From: a virus
Lineage: Duplodnaviria > Caudoviricetes
IMG/VR virus record: IMGVR_UViG_3300037313_002165
Coordinates: 1-59,297 of that record
Direction: 5' to 3' (one strand)
DNA length: 59,297 nt
Below are positions 25,073 through 34,722 of the stretch, piece after piece; the first letter of the stretch is position 1, and each line of letters opens with the position of its first letter. The notes under the pieces were generated by a model, which worked only from the letters and a program-made list of their open reading frames with translations, was not told the DNA's origin and did no database searches. Position numbers and translations under genes: made by a program.

Positions 25073-27640
25073 ATGCCACTCATCAAATATCCCGAGCTGA
25101 AGTCGAAGAACGGTGCGAAGCGCAACCCGCTCTATGTCGTTTGGCAAAATATGCGGCTGCGATGCCGCTCGTCCGACGACAAAGCGCAGCGCTATCACGA
25201 CCGCGGCATCACGATATGCGCCGAATGGCTGAACTCTTGGCCCGCGTTTTCGCAATGGGCCACGGCGAACGGGTGGGAGCCCGGCCTCGAAATCGACCGG
25301 AGGGAGAACAACAAGGGCTACTGCCCGGATAATTGCCGATTTGTTCCACACCTCGTTAACGCTCGAAATCAGGAACGCGTTCGTCCTGTGCGGTGTGTGG
25401 ACACCGGTCGCGTGTATCCGTCCCAAGGCGACGCATTCAAGCAGACCGGCATCTGGAACATAAACGCCGCGCTGAATGGGAAACGAAGGGTCGCGGGTGG
25501 CATGGCTTGGGAGTTTGCTGACAACCTCGTTGCGGTCGCTGCCAACGCGAAGCCCAAACCCGGTGAGAAACTTATAGGCGTCGCTCCCTGCACGGTCGTG
25601 ATGGCTGCGGACTCGAAAAAAGATGCGCCATTGCCGGACTCCGTCGTCTGGATGCCGAAGGGCGACCACGATATCAGCGCGTCGACGATGGCCGGTTCCT
25701 ACTGGTCCGGCCTCGTGCGTTGCGACGAGCTCGGCGCGAGCGTCGTCGCCGCGAGCTACAACAAGATTATCGCAGCCGGTCTCCGCGTGTGGTTCGACAA
25801 GAATCACGACGATGGCGAGGCCACCGCTTGGATCCGCGGCTTCTCGTGGGACCCGTCGCGCGGCATCATCGCCGCGGTGGAGTGGACGCCGCTCGGCGAA
25901 CAGCTCCTGCGCGAGAAACGTTTTTATTCGTTCAGTCCCACGTTCTGGGTCGATTGGGAGTCGGGCCGCGTGTCCGGCCTCGTCGAGGGGCACGCCGCTG
26001 GCGGCCTCGTGAACGCACCTGCTTTCGGCGCTGCCATGCCAGCGCTAATCGCCGCTCGGTTGGGCGGCGCCGAATCAACCACCAACTCCGTGCCCGGCGG
26101 TTCCCCGGGTAACCATCAATCCAATACGTCCATGAATCGTGAGAAAATGCTCAAGGTTTTGGCGGCGCTGGCGGTTACCGTTCCCGCCGACTCCACCGAT
26201 GCCCAAGTCGCCGCGCTCTACGCGCAGCACGTCCCAACCACCGCGCCGGCCAACGCCGCGGCCGAAATCGCCGCGCTGCGCGAGCAACTGACCGCGCTCC
26301 AGTCCGCGGCCGCGAAGCCCGAGGAACACGCTGCCATCAAGGCGATGAAGGCGAATCTCGACGCGCTCGTCGCCGCCGCGAAGGTCGCGACCAAGAAACG
26401 CGCCGAGGCTGCCGTGCAAGCCGCCGTCGAACGCGGCGCGCTGAAAGCCGAAGACACCGCCCTCCAGGCGAAGTGGGTCGGCTTCATCGAGTCCGACGAG
26501 TCGCACCTCGAGCTTCTCGCCGCGCTCCCCGGCAAGCCGACCGCTCAGTCGGTCATCATCTCGCCGGATGTCACCCAGCGCAACGCCGTGCAGTCCGCCG
26601 AGGTCCTCCGCGTCGGCATCGTCGATGCGCTCAAGGCCTACAAAGCCGAGCGTGACCACAAGAAAGCGTCGGTCATCTACGCCTCGTCCATCGGCCCGGT
26701 CATGCGCGACCCGAATTTCCGCATGGGCCCCATCCTCGCGGCCAACGCGCTCGGCTCGCTCGCCGGCAATCTCGTCGTGCAGCGCGCTCTCACGCTGCTG
26801 AAGATTACCTTCCCCGCGCTCGACGCGTTCTCGACCGACTTCTCGGAAGAGGGGGCGAAATTCAACCAGCAGGTTGTCTCGCGGACGAAGGCAGTGCCCG
26901 CGTCGGCAAACTTCGTGGCCGGTACCGGCTACGCGCAGGCGGATGTCACGGCGACGGATGTGCCGGTGACCATCAGCAATCACAAAGGCATCCAAATCAA
27001 CCTCACGGCAAACGATCTCGCTTCCACCGACCGCGACATGTTCGCGGAAAACGTGGAGGGCGTTCACCAGCGGGTCGGCCTCGATCTCACGAGCGCGCTT
27101 TACGCACTCATCCTCAACGCCAACTTCGCCAACAACACCGTGCAGGCGGCGGGCGGTTTCGGTCGGCCCACGCTCAAGGATATCGCTGCCGCGCTCGACT
27201 TGCTCGGCGTTCCGCAGATCGGCCGCGTCGCATTGCTGAATGCCACCTACTTCAGCAACCTCGGTAACGATGCGTCGATTGTCAGCTTCGCCGCCTTCCA
27301 GCGGCCGGAACTGATTACGGAAAACGCGCTGCCGCGGGTCGCCGGCTTCCAGCCGCTGAATTGCCCGAACCTGCCGGCGAACGGCGAAAATCTCGCCGGC
27401 TTCTGCGGAACGCCGGACGCGCTCGTCATCGCGACGCGCACGCCCAACGACTACACGCAGGCGCTGCCTGGCGCGAACAACGGTTCGGTTTCCATCGTCA
27501 CAAATCCGGACACCGGCATCTCGGTGCAGCTCGTCCAGTTCGTGGACCACACCAAGGCACAGTCGAGCTACCGCGTCGCCTACATGTACGGCGTCGCCGT
27601 CGGCCAGGCCGCCAGCGGCCGCCGCATCCTCTCGGCCTAA
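25073..27640 (+). CDS. Polyprotein: HNH/NUMOD1 endonuclease + Mu-like prohead protease + scaffold + major capsid protein
   Basis: WQNMRLRC..RGITIC..IDRRENNKGYCPDNCRF; NUMOD1-like VRCVDTGRVYPS..AGGMAW; protease FDKNH..EWT..YSFSPTF..LVNAP; Ala-rich scaffold; capsid-like C-terminal half; probable internal start 26132. Confidence 0.85.
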   Translation: MPLIKYPELKSKNGAKRNPLYVVWQNMRLRCRSSDDKAQRYHDRGITICAEWLNSWPAFSQWATANGWEPGLEIDRRENNKGYCPDNCRFVPHLVNARNQERVRPVRCVDTGRVYPSQGDAFKQTGIWNINAALNGKRRVAGGMAWEFADNLVAVAANAKPKPGEKLIGVAPCTVVMAADSKKDAPLPDSVVWMPKGDHDISASTMAGSYWSGLVRCDELGASVVAASYNKIIAAGLRVWFDKNHDDGEATAWIRGFSWDPSRGIIAAVEWTPLGEQLLREKRFYSFSPTFWVDWESGRVSGLVEGHAAGGLVNAPAFGAAMPALIAARLGGAESTTNSVPGGSPGNHQSNTSMNREKMLKVLAALAVTVPADSTDAQVAALYAQHVPTTAPANAAAEIAALREQLTALQSAAAKPEEHAAIKAMKANLDALVAAAKVATKKRAEAAVQAAVERGALKAEDTALQAKWVGFIESDESHLELLAALPGKPTAQSVIISPDVTQRNAVQSAEVLRVGIVDALKAYKAERDHKKASVIYASSIGPVMRDPNFRMGPILAANALGSLAGNLVVQRALTLLKITFPALDAFSTDFSEEGAKFNQQVVSRTKAVPASANFVAGTGYAQADVTATDVPVTISNHKGIQINLTANDLASTDRDMFAENVEGVHQRVGLDLTSALYALILNANFANNTVQAAGGFGRPTLKDIAAALDLLGVPQIGRVALLNATYFSNLGNDASIVSFAAFQRPELITENALPRVAGFQPLNCPNLPANGENLAGFCGTPDALVIATRTPNDYTQALPGANNGSVSIVTNPDTGISVQLVQFVDHTKAQSSYRVAYMYGVAVGQAASGRRILSA

Positions 27641-27660
27641 TCCGCCTGAGCCACTGTAAC

Positions 27661-27692
27661 CCCGCGGGCGATACGGTTCGCCCGCGGGTTTT
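27661..27692 (+). terminator. Rho-independent terminator after the capsid gene
   Basis: CCCGCGGGCGA-TACGGT-TCGCCCGCGGG-TTTT. Confidence 0.8.
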
Positions 27693-27736
27693 CAGGGCAG
27701 GTCCAGTTTCACTCTCCACTGAAACACGCTCTCCCA

Positions 27737-28171
27737 ATGAAATCTTTCCGTTCCTTTTTCTTTTCCCTCGCGGTCCTCGCCACGTTCATCGCGTGCGTTC
27801 CCGCGCGCGCCCAATTCATCATGGGCAACTTCAAGGCCGCGCCGATGGTGGCCGCGACTGCCGTCACGCAGGCGACGAACCGCACGACCGGCGTCACGCT
27901 GAATGCCGCGGCTGGCAAAATCACCACGAGCACCGCATCGCTCGCGGCCGGCGCGTCGGCCTCGTTCACCGTCACGAACTCGTTTGTTGCGATCGGTGAT
28001 ATTCCAACCGTCGCGATTCGTTCCGGAGCTACCAACAAGGAAACATCCGTGCGCGTGACTGCCGTCGCCGCCGGCTCGTTCGAGATAACGGTCTTCAACC
28101 AGCACGCATCTACCGCGGAGGTTGGCGCCATTGTCATCAACGTCGGTGTGCAGAAGGCCGTCCTGAACTGA
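27737..28171 (+). CDS. Capsid decoration-like protein with a Sec-type signal peptide
   Basis: VTQATNRTTGVTLN..SFTVTNS..AVAAGSF; N-terminal MKSFRSFFFSLAVLATFIACVPARA. Confidence 0.65.
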   Translation: MKSFRSFFFSLAVLATFIACVPARAQFIMGNFKAAPMVAATAVTQATNRTTGVTLNAAAGKITTSTASLAAGASASFTVTNSFVAIGDIPTVAIRSGATNKETSVRVTAVAAGSFEITVFNQHASTAEVGAIVINVGVQKAVLN

Positions 28172-28176
28172 CGCCG

Positions 28177-28500
28177 ATGCGCAGCGCCGCACAGGAAGCC
28201 CTCGCGGAAGGCCTCGCCCAACTCGATACCGAGTTGGGCGAGACCTACACGCTTGCGGATTCCGGTGCGGCGTTTGTCGCGCGTTACGAGAGCAACATCC
28301 CGCAGCAGTTGCCCGACTACGCGGGCCAGATTCGCGAGACGAAGCTGCACGCGAAACGCGCGCAGGCCGCATTCGCCGGTGGCATGCCTCCCGCCGGCGC
28401 CGTCATCACCCGCCCCGATGGTGCATCCGCCCGCGTCGCGCGCATCGAGCCGGGCAACAACGGGTGGTTTGTCATCGTCCTCGCCGACGAGTTCTCCTGA
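28177..28500 (+). CDS. Putative head-tail connector/closure protein
   Basis: Size and position; beta-rich C-terminus. Confidence 0.5.
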   Translation: MRSAAQEALAEGLAQLDTELGETYTLADSGAAFVARYESNIPQQLPDYAGQIRETKLHAKRAQAAFAGGMPPAGAVITRPDGASARVARIEPGNNGWFVIVLADEFS

Positions 28501-29237
28501 TGCTCTCCGTCGGCCTCAACGCATCCGCGGGAAAAGAACTCGCCGCCCTGCAAGGCGTGTTGGAGCGCTACCACGCGGTTTCGAAGCGCGACGTCGCCGA
28601 TACGCTCGCACACAAGGCGAACGATATTCGCATCAAGCTGTTCCAAGGCTACTGGGAGCAGCGCTGGAAGGGTAGTCGCAAGGGCTCCGAGGGCGTCGCC
28701 TTTCGCCAGATGCGCGCGCGCGCGAAGGCCGGCCTCGGCATCCACCTGCGTGTCTTGGGGCCATCGCCCAGCGCCCCGACCATGTATTATCAGCGCCGGA
28801 CCCTCCGCGGAGCCCATGGCAGCGCGCGGCGGCTGCGCGTGCCGGTCAGGATGTCGGATTATCAGCGCCGCGTCTGGACCGAGCTGGCGCGCCGTCAGGC
28901 CGGCATCGGAGTGCTCGGCGTCGCCTTCCTCCTGCAACGCTGGCGCTACAACAGCCAGGGTCGCCGGCTCGCCGTCAACCGCACGACGCTCGCCGCGCTC
29001 GAGGTTCAGACGCAGGTGAGCAAGTTCTCCAAGGAAACGCTCGGCATCCTCACCCTCGCGCCGACGTTCGCGCGCATCGAGGGCTTCGTGCCCGGCCAGG
29101 CCGAGGTGGGCGATCGCCATAGCATTCTCGAAATCGCCCTGCGCGATGTTCGCGAAGACACCGAGCACTACCTCGCGATGAAGACCGCGGAATCCATCTT
29201 CGCCGAACTGGAGGCGGCTGGCTTCGCCGTATCATGA
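28500..29237 (+). CDS. Putative neck/tail-completion protein
   Basis: Basic protein in the neck module; TGATG coupling. Confidence 0.45.
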   Translation: MLSVGLNASAGKELAALQGVLERYHAVSKRDVADTLAHKANDIRIKLFQGYWEQRWKGSRKGSEGVAFRQMRARAKAGLGIHLRVLGPSPSAPTMYYQRRTLRGAHGSARRLRVPVRMSDYQRRVWTELARRQAGIGVLGVAFLLQRWRYNSQGRRLAVNRTTLAALEVQTQVSKFSKETLGILTLAPTFARIEGFVPGQAEVGDRHSILEIALRDVREDTEHYLAMKTAESIFAELEAAGFAVS

Positions 29238-29719
29238 GCCCGCTTACGCTCGACCAGTTGATCGCTGCAGCGAAGACCGCGCTGGAGGCGCACCCGCTCT
29301 TCACCGGCGGCCGCGTGCCGGTGCTCGTCAACTACGTCCCGCCCGGCGAGCGCAATACCGTCCGCGAGGGCGCGATTCGCGATAAGGGGGCATGCCTCGA
29401 AATCTCGCCCTTCCTCCGCGACAAGCTCGTCGCGTTCAAGGCACCGTCGTCCCTCACGCTCGACAGCACGCTCTCGGTTGCGATTCGGCTTTCGCCGACC
29501 ACGCCCGCGACGCCCGCCGGCAATCCCGACGCGCTTCCGCTCACGCTCAACACCGCGTTCATCGCGGTCGTTCTCGCGATGATGGATGTCGGCTTCACCG
29601 AGGCGCTGCCCGCCAACGGTTTCAAACCCGAGGCTGAACTTGGTCACCTCGTCGAGGATGCCGACGGGCTGCTTTCCAAGGCCGTGTTCTTCACCGCTCG
29701 CACGACTCACGCGAAATGA
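29234..29719 (+). CDS. Putative tail terminator
   Basis: Position before the tail tube gene; 161 aa. Confidence 0.45.
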   Translation: MSPLTLDQLIAAAKTALEAHPLFTGGRVPVLVNYVPPGERNTVREGAIRDKGACLEISPFLRDKLVAFKAPSSLTLDSTLSVAIRLSPTTPATPAGNPDALPLTLNTAFIAVVLAMMDVGFTEALPANGFKPEAELGHLVEDADGLLSKAVFFTARTTHAK

Positions 29720-29919
29720 ACTTACGCCCCGCAGACTTCCTCGCCGCTTCCGCTCCCGCCGGCGGCTCGGTCATCGCCACCAAAATCGCCGATCTCACGC
29801 TCGCCGACTGGAACAACCTCGCTGGCATCTGCGGCGCGGTGCTCGGCGGCGCATACCTCGTTTGGAAATGGCGCAAGGAAGCCCGGCGCGGCACGCGTCC
29901 GCCCATCGGCCGCGACTGA
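29716..29919 (+). CDS. Holin-like small membrane protein
   Basis: LADW..LAGICGAVLGGAYLVWKWRKE: TM segment with a basic tail. Confidence 0.6.
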   Translation: MNLRPADFLAASAPAGGSVIATKIADLTLADWNNLAGICGAVLGGAYLVWKWRKEARRGTRPPIGRD

Positions 29920-29959
29920 TTTTTTCTCCGCCTAGTCAACCAATCAACGTACCACCCTC

Positions 29960-30505
29960 ATGAATACCCGTCCGATTGTCGTCGGCACTCTCGTCCGCTT
30001 CGCGCGTGAGGGTGTCACCTCTGCCAGTCCCGCCGGCGCCGTCGCCGATACCCTCAAGCCCATCGTCAGCGACGCCGCGTGGATCTCGCTCGGCACCGTC
30101 GAGAGCGGCGAGACCCAGTACGACGAGCAGGTTCGCGAAATCCGCTCGCCCATCAACGGCGCGCGTCACCTCACCGACGCGCTCATCTATGGCCGCGACC
30201 TGAAGCTGAACTTCACGCTCGAGGATTACTCCGACGTCATCTCCGCCCTCCGCTTCGGCCACCTGCCGCTCGTCGGCGGCGCCGGCGGCCAGTTCAACCC
30301 GTTGGAGCGCGTGAAGGTGCTCAAGGGCTGGCTGAAGTTGCAGGAGACCGATGCGGCCACCGGCGACAACGTCACGGTGCTCGATGCGTGGGTGTTCCTG
30401 CAACTGCAAGGCGCGCTCCAGATGGGCGAGCAGGGGCCCAAGCCCCAAATCATGGCCCGCGTCCTCTACTCGGCCCTCAACACCGGCACGCTGTTGGTCG
30501 CCTGA
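29960..30505 (+). CDS. Major tail tube protein (putative)
   Basis: WISLGTVE, LNFTLE; beta-rich, 181 aa; position. Confidence 0.6.
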   Translation: MNTRPIVVGTLVRFAREGVTSASPAGAVADTLKPIVSDAAWISLGTVESGETQYDEQVREIRSPINGARHLTDALIYGRDLKLNFTLEDYSDVISALRFGHLPLVGGAGGQFNPLERVKVLKGWLKLQETDAATGDNVTVLDAWVFLQLQGALQMGEQGPKPQIMARVLYSALNTGTLLVA

Positions 30506-30509
30506 GCCA

Positions 30510-31340
30510 ATGCCTGAGTGGGACAACACGCCTCCGGTCGCGATTCCTCCGGCGGCCTCCATGAACAATGGAGCGCCGACCGCGGTATCGCCCGCGGCCG
30601 CGCCCGACAACACGGCGCCATCGGCCATTGCGGCTGCGGCGTCGATGAACAATGGCGCGCCCTCCGCCATCGCCGCCGCCTCGGCTCCGGACAATACGGC
30701 CCCCACCGCCATCGCGCCGGCCGCCGCTCCGGATAATACCGCGCCCGTCGCGATACCGGCGGTCGGCGCGATGGATAATGGCGCCCCGACCGCCATCCCC
30801 GCGGCCAGCTCGCCCGATAACACCGCGCCAACTGCAGTCCCGGCCGCGGCGGCGATGAATAACGGCGCGCCTGCCGCGATCGATGCCGCGAGTGCGGCGA
30901 CCGGCGACAGCCCATCCGCGGTTCCACCTTTCTCCACGCCGACCAACCAGCCGCCGCAATTCCTCGTCAACGGCCTGCCGGCTCCAATCGACAACACCGT
31001 GAACACTCCACAAATCGTCATCGGCGGCGCGCTCGTCGCCAACGCCATCCACGGGCAAACCCGTATCCCGCTCGATTCCGCGCTCACCCGTATCCAGGTG
31101 CAGCTCGACGACCCGCCGAACGGCGGCAACGCCGTGCTCGTGCTCGTCGATGGCAGTGGCACACCCATCTCCCCCCAAATCACCGTCCTCAACGGCGAAA
31201 CGCTCGGCGAGCTCGTCCTCACCGGCGGTGCCCAAATCGGGCTCTCCGCCGGGCAGGATGTGAAGGTCAAATGCGTCACGCCTGGCGCGACCAACCCCGG
31301 CGGCTTCGGCGCCGTCACGCTCTTTCTCCAACTCACGTGA
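30510..31340 (+). CDS. Repeat-containing virion-associated protein
   Basis: About 9 copies of a 14-aa (P/M)(D/N)N(T/G)APxAIxxAAx repeat, then a beta-sandwich-like domain. Confidence 0.7.
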   Translation: MPEWDNTPPVAIPPAASMNNGAPTAVSPAAAPDNTAPSAIAAAASMNNGAPSAIAAASAPDNTAPTAIAPAAAPDNTAPVAIPAVGAMDNGAPTAIPAASSPDNTAPTAVPAAAAMNNGAPAAIDAASAATGDSPSAVPPFSTPTNQPPQFLVNGLPAPIDNTVNTPQIVIGGALVANAIHGQTRIPLDSALTRIQVQLDDPPNGGNAVLVLVDGSGTPISPQITVLNGETLGELVLTGGAQIGLSAGQDVKVKCVTPGATNPGGFGAVTLFLQLT

Positions 31341-31354
31341 ACCTGCATCGCGCC

Positions 31355-32848
31355 ATGAAACGGTCATTCTTTTTTCTCGTCCTCGCACTCGCCGCGTTCC
31401 CGCACTGCGCGCCCGCCGCTGTTGTCGTGCCGTGGAGAAATATCACCGGCGTTCCCGACGCCAGCACGAGCGCGGCCGGTATCGTGGAACTCGCGACGAA
31501 CGCCGAGGCGAGCGATGTGCAGAACGCAAGCGCGTCGCTCGCACCGAGCGTGGCGAGCATGCAATCCGCGATCGCGCTGCGCGCTCCGGTGCCGCGGCAA
31601 GGGCTGGTGTTTGATGGCACGACGTATGCCACGCTCAACAACGTGAGCGGCATCGGCACCGGCGACTATACGGTCGTGATTTGGTCCGACGTTGCATCGG
31701 TCGCGAGCCAGAAATCCGTGCTCATCGGCACCGGCATCAACCTCGGGTTTCGCGTGGGGGGTAGTATTTTTTGCACCTCCGCCAGCGCCGATTTCAACGA
31801 CGCGCAGGTTACGACAGGCCCTTGCATGTGGGTGCTTTCGCGCGCCTCTGGCACGACGACGCCGTATATCAACGCCGTCGCAAAAACTCCCGTCGCCGAT
31901 CCGGGCAGCATCACGAACATTACTCAGGTCAGCGCTGCGCCCTATGCCTGGCGCTCGCTCGGTTTCCTGATTTACAACCGCGCGCTCTCCGCCGCCGAAA
32001 TTCTCGCGCTCTACGAGTCCGGCGCACCGGCTGCGGCGGATTATGGTTATCCGGGTGTGCCGGCGACAAGTTCGACCAGCCTGCTTACTGGCGATGATAG
32101 CACGTTTGCCACCGCGGGGAATTGGTCCCCGAACCCTCCGGCGACGGTTTCGGGTGGCAAGCTCAACTTGGTTGGAACCCATGCGAGCAACGGCGCCGTG
32201 ACGTTGCGGACGGGGCGTAAATACCGCCTGAGTATTACGGTCGATAGCAACACGGGGACGCTGCAATTTTTCGACGGCGCCACGTATCAAACGCTCACTA
32301 CAGGATCGGGAGCCATCATTGCGGAACTGGCGTGCGTGGTCGACACAGTGCTTTTCCTGAAATGTACGGGCGGCACTGCGGTTGTGGACAACGCGTTGCT
32401 TTATCCGCTGGGCCTCCTCTGCGCGCCCGAGCCCAACGCGCCGGGCAACGGGCTCGTGTGGAACGATCAATCCGGCAACGGCGCGCATATCGCGCTGCCG
32501 ACGAGCGGCGTCGCATGGGCTCTCCCGGATGATCGCAATAACATCGTCCGCGGCACGACCGCCACCAACGGCAATCAGCAGCTCCTCGGCGCAACGACCC
32601 TGCCGGGCAATACGCAAATCCTGCGCATCCGCGCCAAAGCCTCCACGGGCACGCCCGCCATAACGCTCGGCACCTCGAGCGGCGGCAGCGACATCGTCTC
32701 TTCCGTCACGCTCTCCACGAGCTGGAAAGACCTCACCATCGCACTCACCGGCGGCCTCATCAGCGGCAATTCCTCCGTATGGGTGGGCAGCAATACCACC
32801 GCCACCATCTCGACCAACCTCCTCCTCAGCCCGGTTTCTTCGCCATGA
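31355..32848 (+). CDS. LamG/ConA-like fibre protein with a signal peptide
   Basis: MKRSFFFLVLALAAFPHCAPA; ASTSAAGIVELAT fibre motif; IYNRALSAAEILALY; WNDQSGNG. Confidence 0.72.
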   Translation: MKRSFFFLVLALAAFPHCAPAAVVVPWRNITGVPDASTSAAGIVELATNAEASDVQNASASLAPSVASMQSAIALRAPVPRQGLVFDGTTYATLNNVSGIGTGDYTVVIWSDVASVASQKSVLIGTGINLGFRVGGSIFCTSASADFNDAQVTTGPCMWVLSRASGTTTPYINAVAKTPVADPGSITNITQVSAAPYAWRSLGFLIYNRALSAAEILALYESGAPAAADYGYPGVPATSSTSLLTGDDSTFATAGNWSPNPPATVSGGKLNLVGTHASNGAVTLRTGRKYRLSITVDSNTGTLQFFDGATYQTLTTGSGAIIAELACVVDTVLFLKCTGGTAVVDNALLYPLGLLCAPEPNAPGNGLVWNDQSGNGAHIALPTSGVAWALPDDRNNIVRGTTATNGNQQLLGATTLPGNTQILRIRAKASTGTPAITLGTSSGGSDIVSSVTLSTSWKDLTIALTGGLISGNSSVWVGSNTTATISTNLLLSPVSSP

Positions 32849-33138
32849 AAACGCTTATCGCTCTGTTCCTCGCGCTCACGCTTTGCGTGCGCGCCTTTGC
32901 GGCGCCGCTGGATTATGTCCAGGTCGCCACGATCAACGCGTCGACCTACACGGCCGGCGCCGCCGCCGTCAAAACCATCCGCGTGCTCAGCGTCGACTAC
33001 GAGCATGGCGTGGTGCGCTTCCAGTTGCTCGACGCCGGCGGCCTGCCCTATGGCAACGGCGGAGTCTTCGGCCTCACGGATGCCACGATTACGCCGGCCA
33101 ACATCGAAGCGAAAATCGTCGCGCTGATCTCGGGATGA
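32845..33138 (+). CDS. Small secreted protein
   Basis: MKTLIALFLALTLCVRAFA signal peptide. Confidence 0.7.
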   Translation: MKTLIALFLALTLCVRAFAAPLDYVQVATINASTYTAGAAAVKTIRVLSVDYEHGVVRFQLLDAGGLPYGNGGVFGLTDATITPANIEAKIVALISG

Positions 33139-33671
33139 CACTCAGCGCGGCACAACTCAGCGCTATCTTCGTCGCAGCCGGCGTCTCGGAATATATCTTT
33201 TATCCCGGCGCAGGCTTTAAGCTGTTGGATCGCAACTACGAGACCTGCAGCGAAGATTTCATCCTGCAGAGCTACGAGGACTGTCTCGATAGCCTGCCGC
33301 CCGAGTGCGTGACCACGCGCCAGGTGGGGGGCGGCAAAACGGTTCGCGTCATGCGTCACACCATGGCCGATGGCGACGATGAAAACGAGGCGGGCGATTG
33401 CGATGATCATACGTTAATCTTCTGGTCCCATTGCGTCACAGGGAACTGGAAGAAGGCCTGCCGCACCGGTATCCGGCGTGGCGGCCTCTGCATGGGCCCG
33501 CTCGAATACGTCGCCATCGCCAAGCCCAGCGACGTGCTACCCGGTGGCCACGATCGCAACTGGTTTATCGATCACGACCAGAAGCTGAAATTCTTCGATC
33601 CCGGCATGGCATCGATCGTCACTCTCGAACCCGTCGAGCTGCAGTCCATTTCCGGAGGGGAGGCCCGATGA
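33135..33671 (+). CDS. Papain/transglutaminase-like Cys hydrolase
   Basis: GDCDD...GHDRN..FFDP, a Cys-His-Asn triad pattern. Confidence 0.65.
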   Translation: MTLSAAQLSAIFVAAGVSEYIFYPGAGFKLLDRNYETCSEDFILQSYEDCLDSLPPECVTTRQVGGGKTVRVMRHTMADGDDENEAGDCDDHTLIFWSHCVTGNWKKACRTGIRRGGLCMGPLEYVAIAKPSDVLPGGHDRNWFIDHDQKLKFFDPGMASIVTLEPVELQSISGGEAR

Positions 33672-33799
33672 AGCCGCTCCTGGTCATCCTCCTTCTCGCC
33701 TTCGCCGGCTGTTCGTCCACCGCGCCCACGCCCGCTGGAGATTCCCGCGACCCCGACCGCTGGAAGCCGCGCAACCCGCCCGTCTACCCGATGCCCTGA
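33668..33799 (+). CDS. Small lipoprotein
   Basis: MKPLLVILLLAFAG|C lipobox. Confidence 0.65.
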   Translation: MKPLLVILLLAFAGCSSTAPTPAGDSRDPDRWKPRNPPVYPMP

Positions 33800-33801
33800 C
33801 C

Positions 33802-34191
33802 ATGCAGACCGGAATCACTCTCTCGCTCATCGGCGCGCTCTTCGCGCTCATCGGCTTTCGCCAGCGCGACGCCATCAAGCCCGAGCTGCGCGCGAAGCTG
33901 TCGCGGATGTGGTGGCATTATTGCTGGGGCGTTTTCTCCGCCGGCCTGAATGGCGCCGTTCTGGCCATCAAAGGCACGCTCGGCGTCGCGGCCGGCGCGG
34001 CCTTCAACCCCCAGACCATCCAGGCTCCGAATGTCGATATGGCATTCTACCTCTTCGGCGTCGCCTTCGCCCTGAACGGACTCGACTGGTTCACGAAAAA
34101 TCCGCTCCCGACGAATCTCGTCGAAACCACGACCACGACCGAGACCACCACGGAAACCAAAACCGAAACCGCTAAATCGCCCGCCCAATGA
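33802..34191 (+). CDS. Multi-TM membrane protein (holin-like)
   Basis: Three hydrophobic segments. Confidence 0.6.
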   Translation: MQTGITLSLIGALFALIGFRQRDAIKPELRAKLSRMWWHYCWGVFSAGLNGAVLAIKGTLGVAAGAAFNPQTIQAPNVDMAFYLFGVAFALNGLDWFTKNPLPTNLVETTTTTETTTETKTETAKSPAQ

Positions 34192-34715
34192 AAATCATGC
34201 ACCGTTATCTCCACGTCGTCTCCTGCATCGTCGGCTGCATCTTTGTGACCGCCTGCACGACCGTGCCGGTCGCGCCCACGTCGATTCAGCAACTCATCGC
34301 CAACGCCGTCGAGGATACCATCAGCGTCGGGCTCGTGCCGGTGCTGACGAAAAACTCCAGTTACGTGCCCGCCGCGCAATCCATCGCGCTCGCGCTCGGC
34401 ACCTTCAGCGGGACCGAACTCACGCCGGAAAATGTGCACGACTTCCTCGCCCGGACTCCGCTCACCGGCGACGATGCGCGCACGGTCGAGGCGCTGGTCA
34501 ACGCCGCCTGGCAGACGTTCACGCGCCGCTATCAGGCACAGGTCGGCGCCTCGCTCCGGCCCGATGTGAAGCTCTTCCTCGGCGCCGTTTCCTCCGGCAT
34601 CTCCAACGCCATCGCCGCGCTGCCGCGAACCACCGACCTCAAATCGCCGCCACCTGCCGTGCGCGACCGCCCGTTGTTCGGGGCGTGTGGCGTTCCTGCG
34701 ATCGGCCGCGCCTGA
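34188..34715 (+). CDS. Lipoprotein
   Basis: IFVTA|C lipobox; helical body. Confidence 0.65.
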   Translation: MKIMHRYLHVVSCIVGCIFVTACTTVPVAPTSIQQLIANAVEDTISVGLVPVLTKNSSYVPAAQSIALALGTFSGTELTPENVHDFLARTPLTGDDARTVEALVNAAWQTFTRRYQAQVGASLRPDVKLFLGAVSSGISNAIAALPRTTDLKSPPPAVRDRPLFGACGVPAIGRA

Positions 34716-34722
34716 ACCCGCG

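Noticed and set aside
25073-25600. Intein or group I intron around the HNH domain
   Set aside because: No C/S...HN-C/S/T splice motifs or intron core recognised, and the domain is N-terminal rather than internal.
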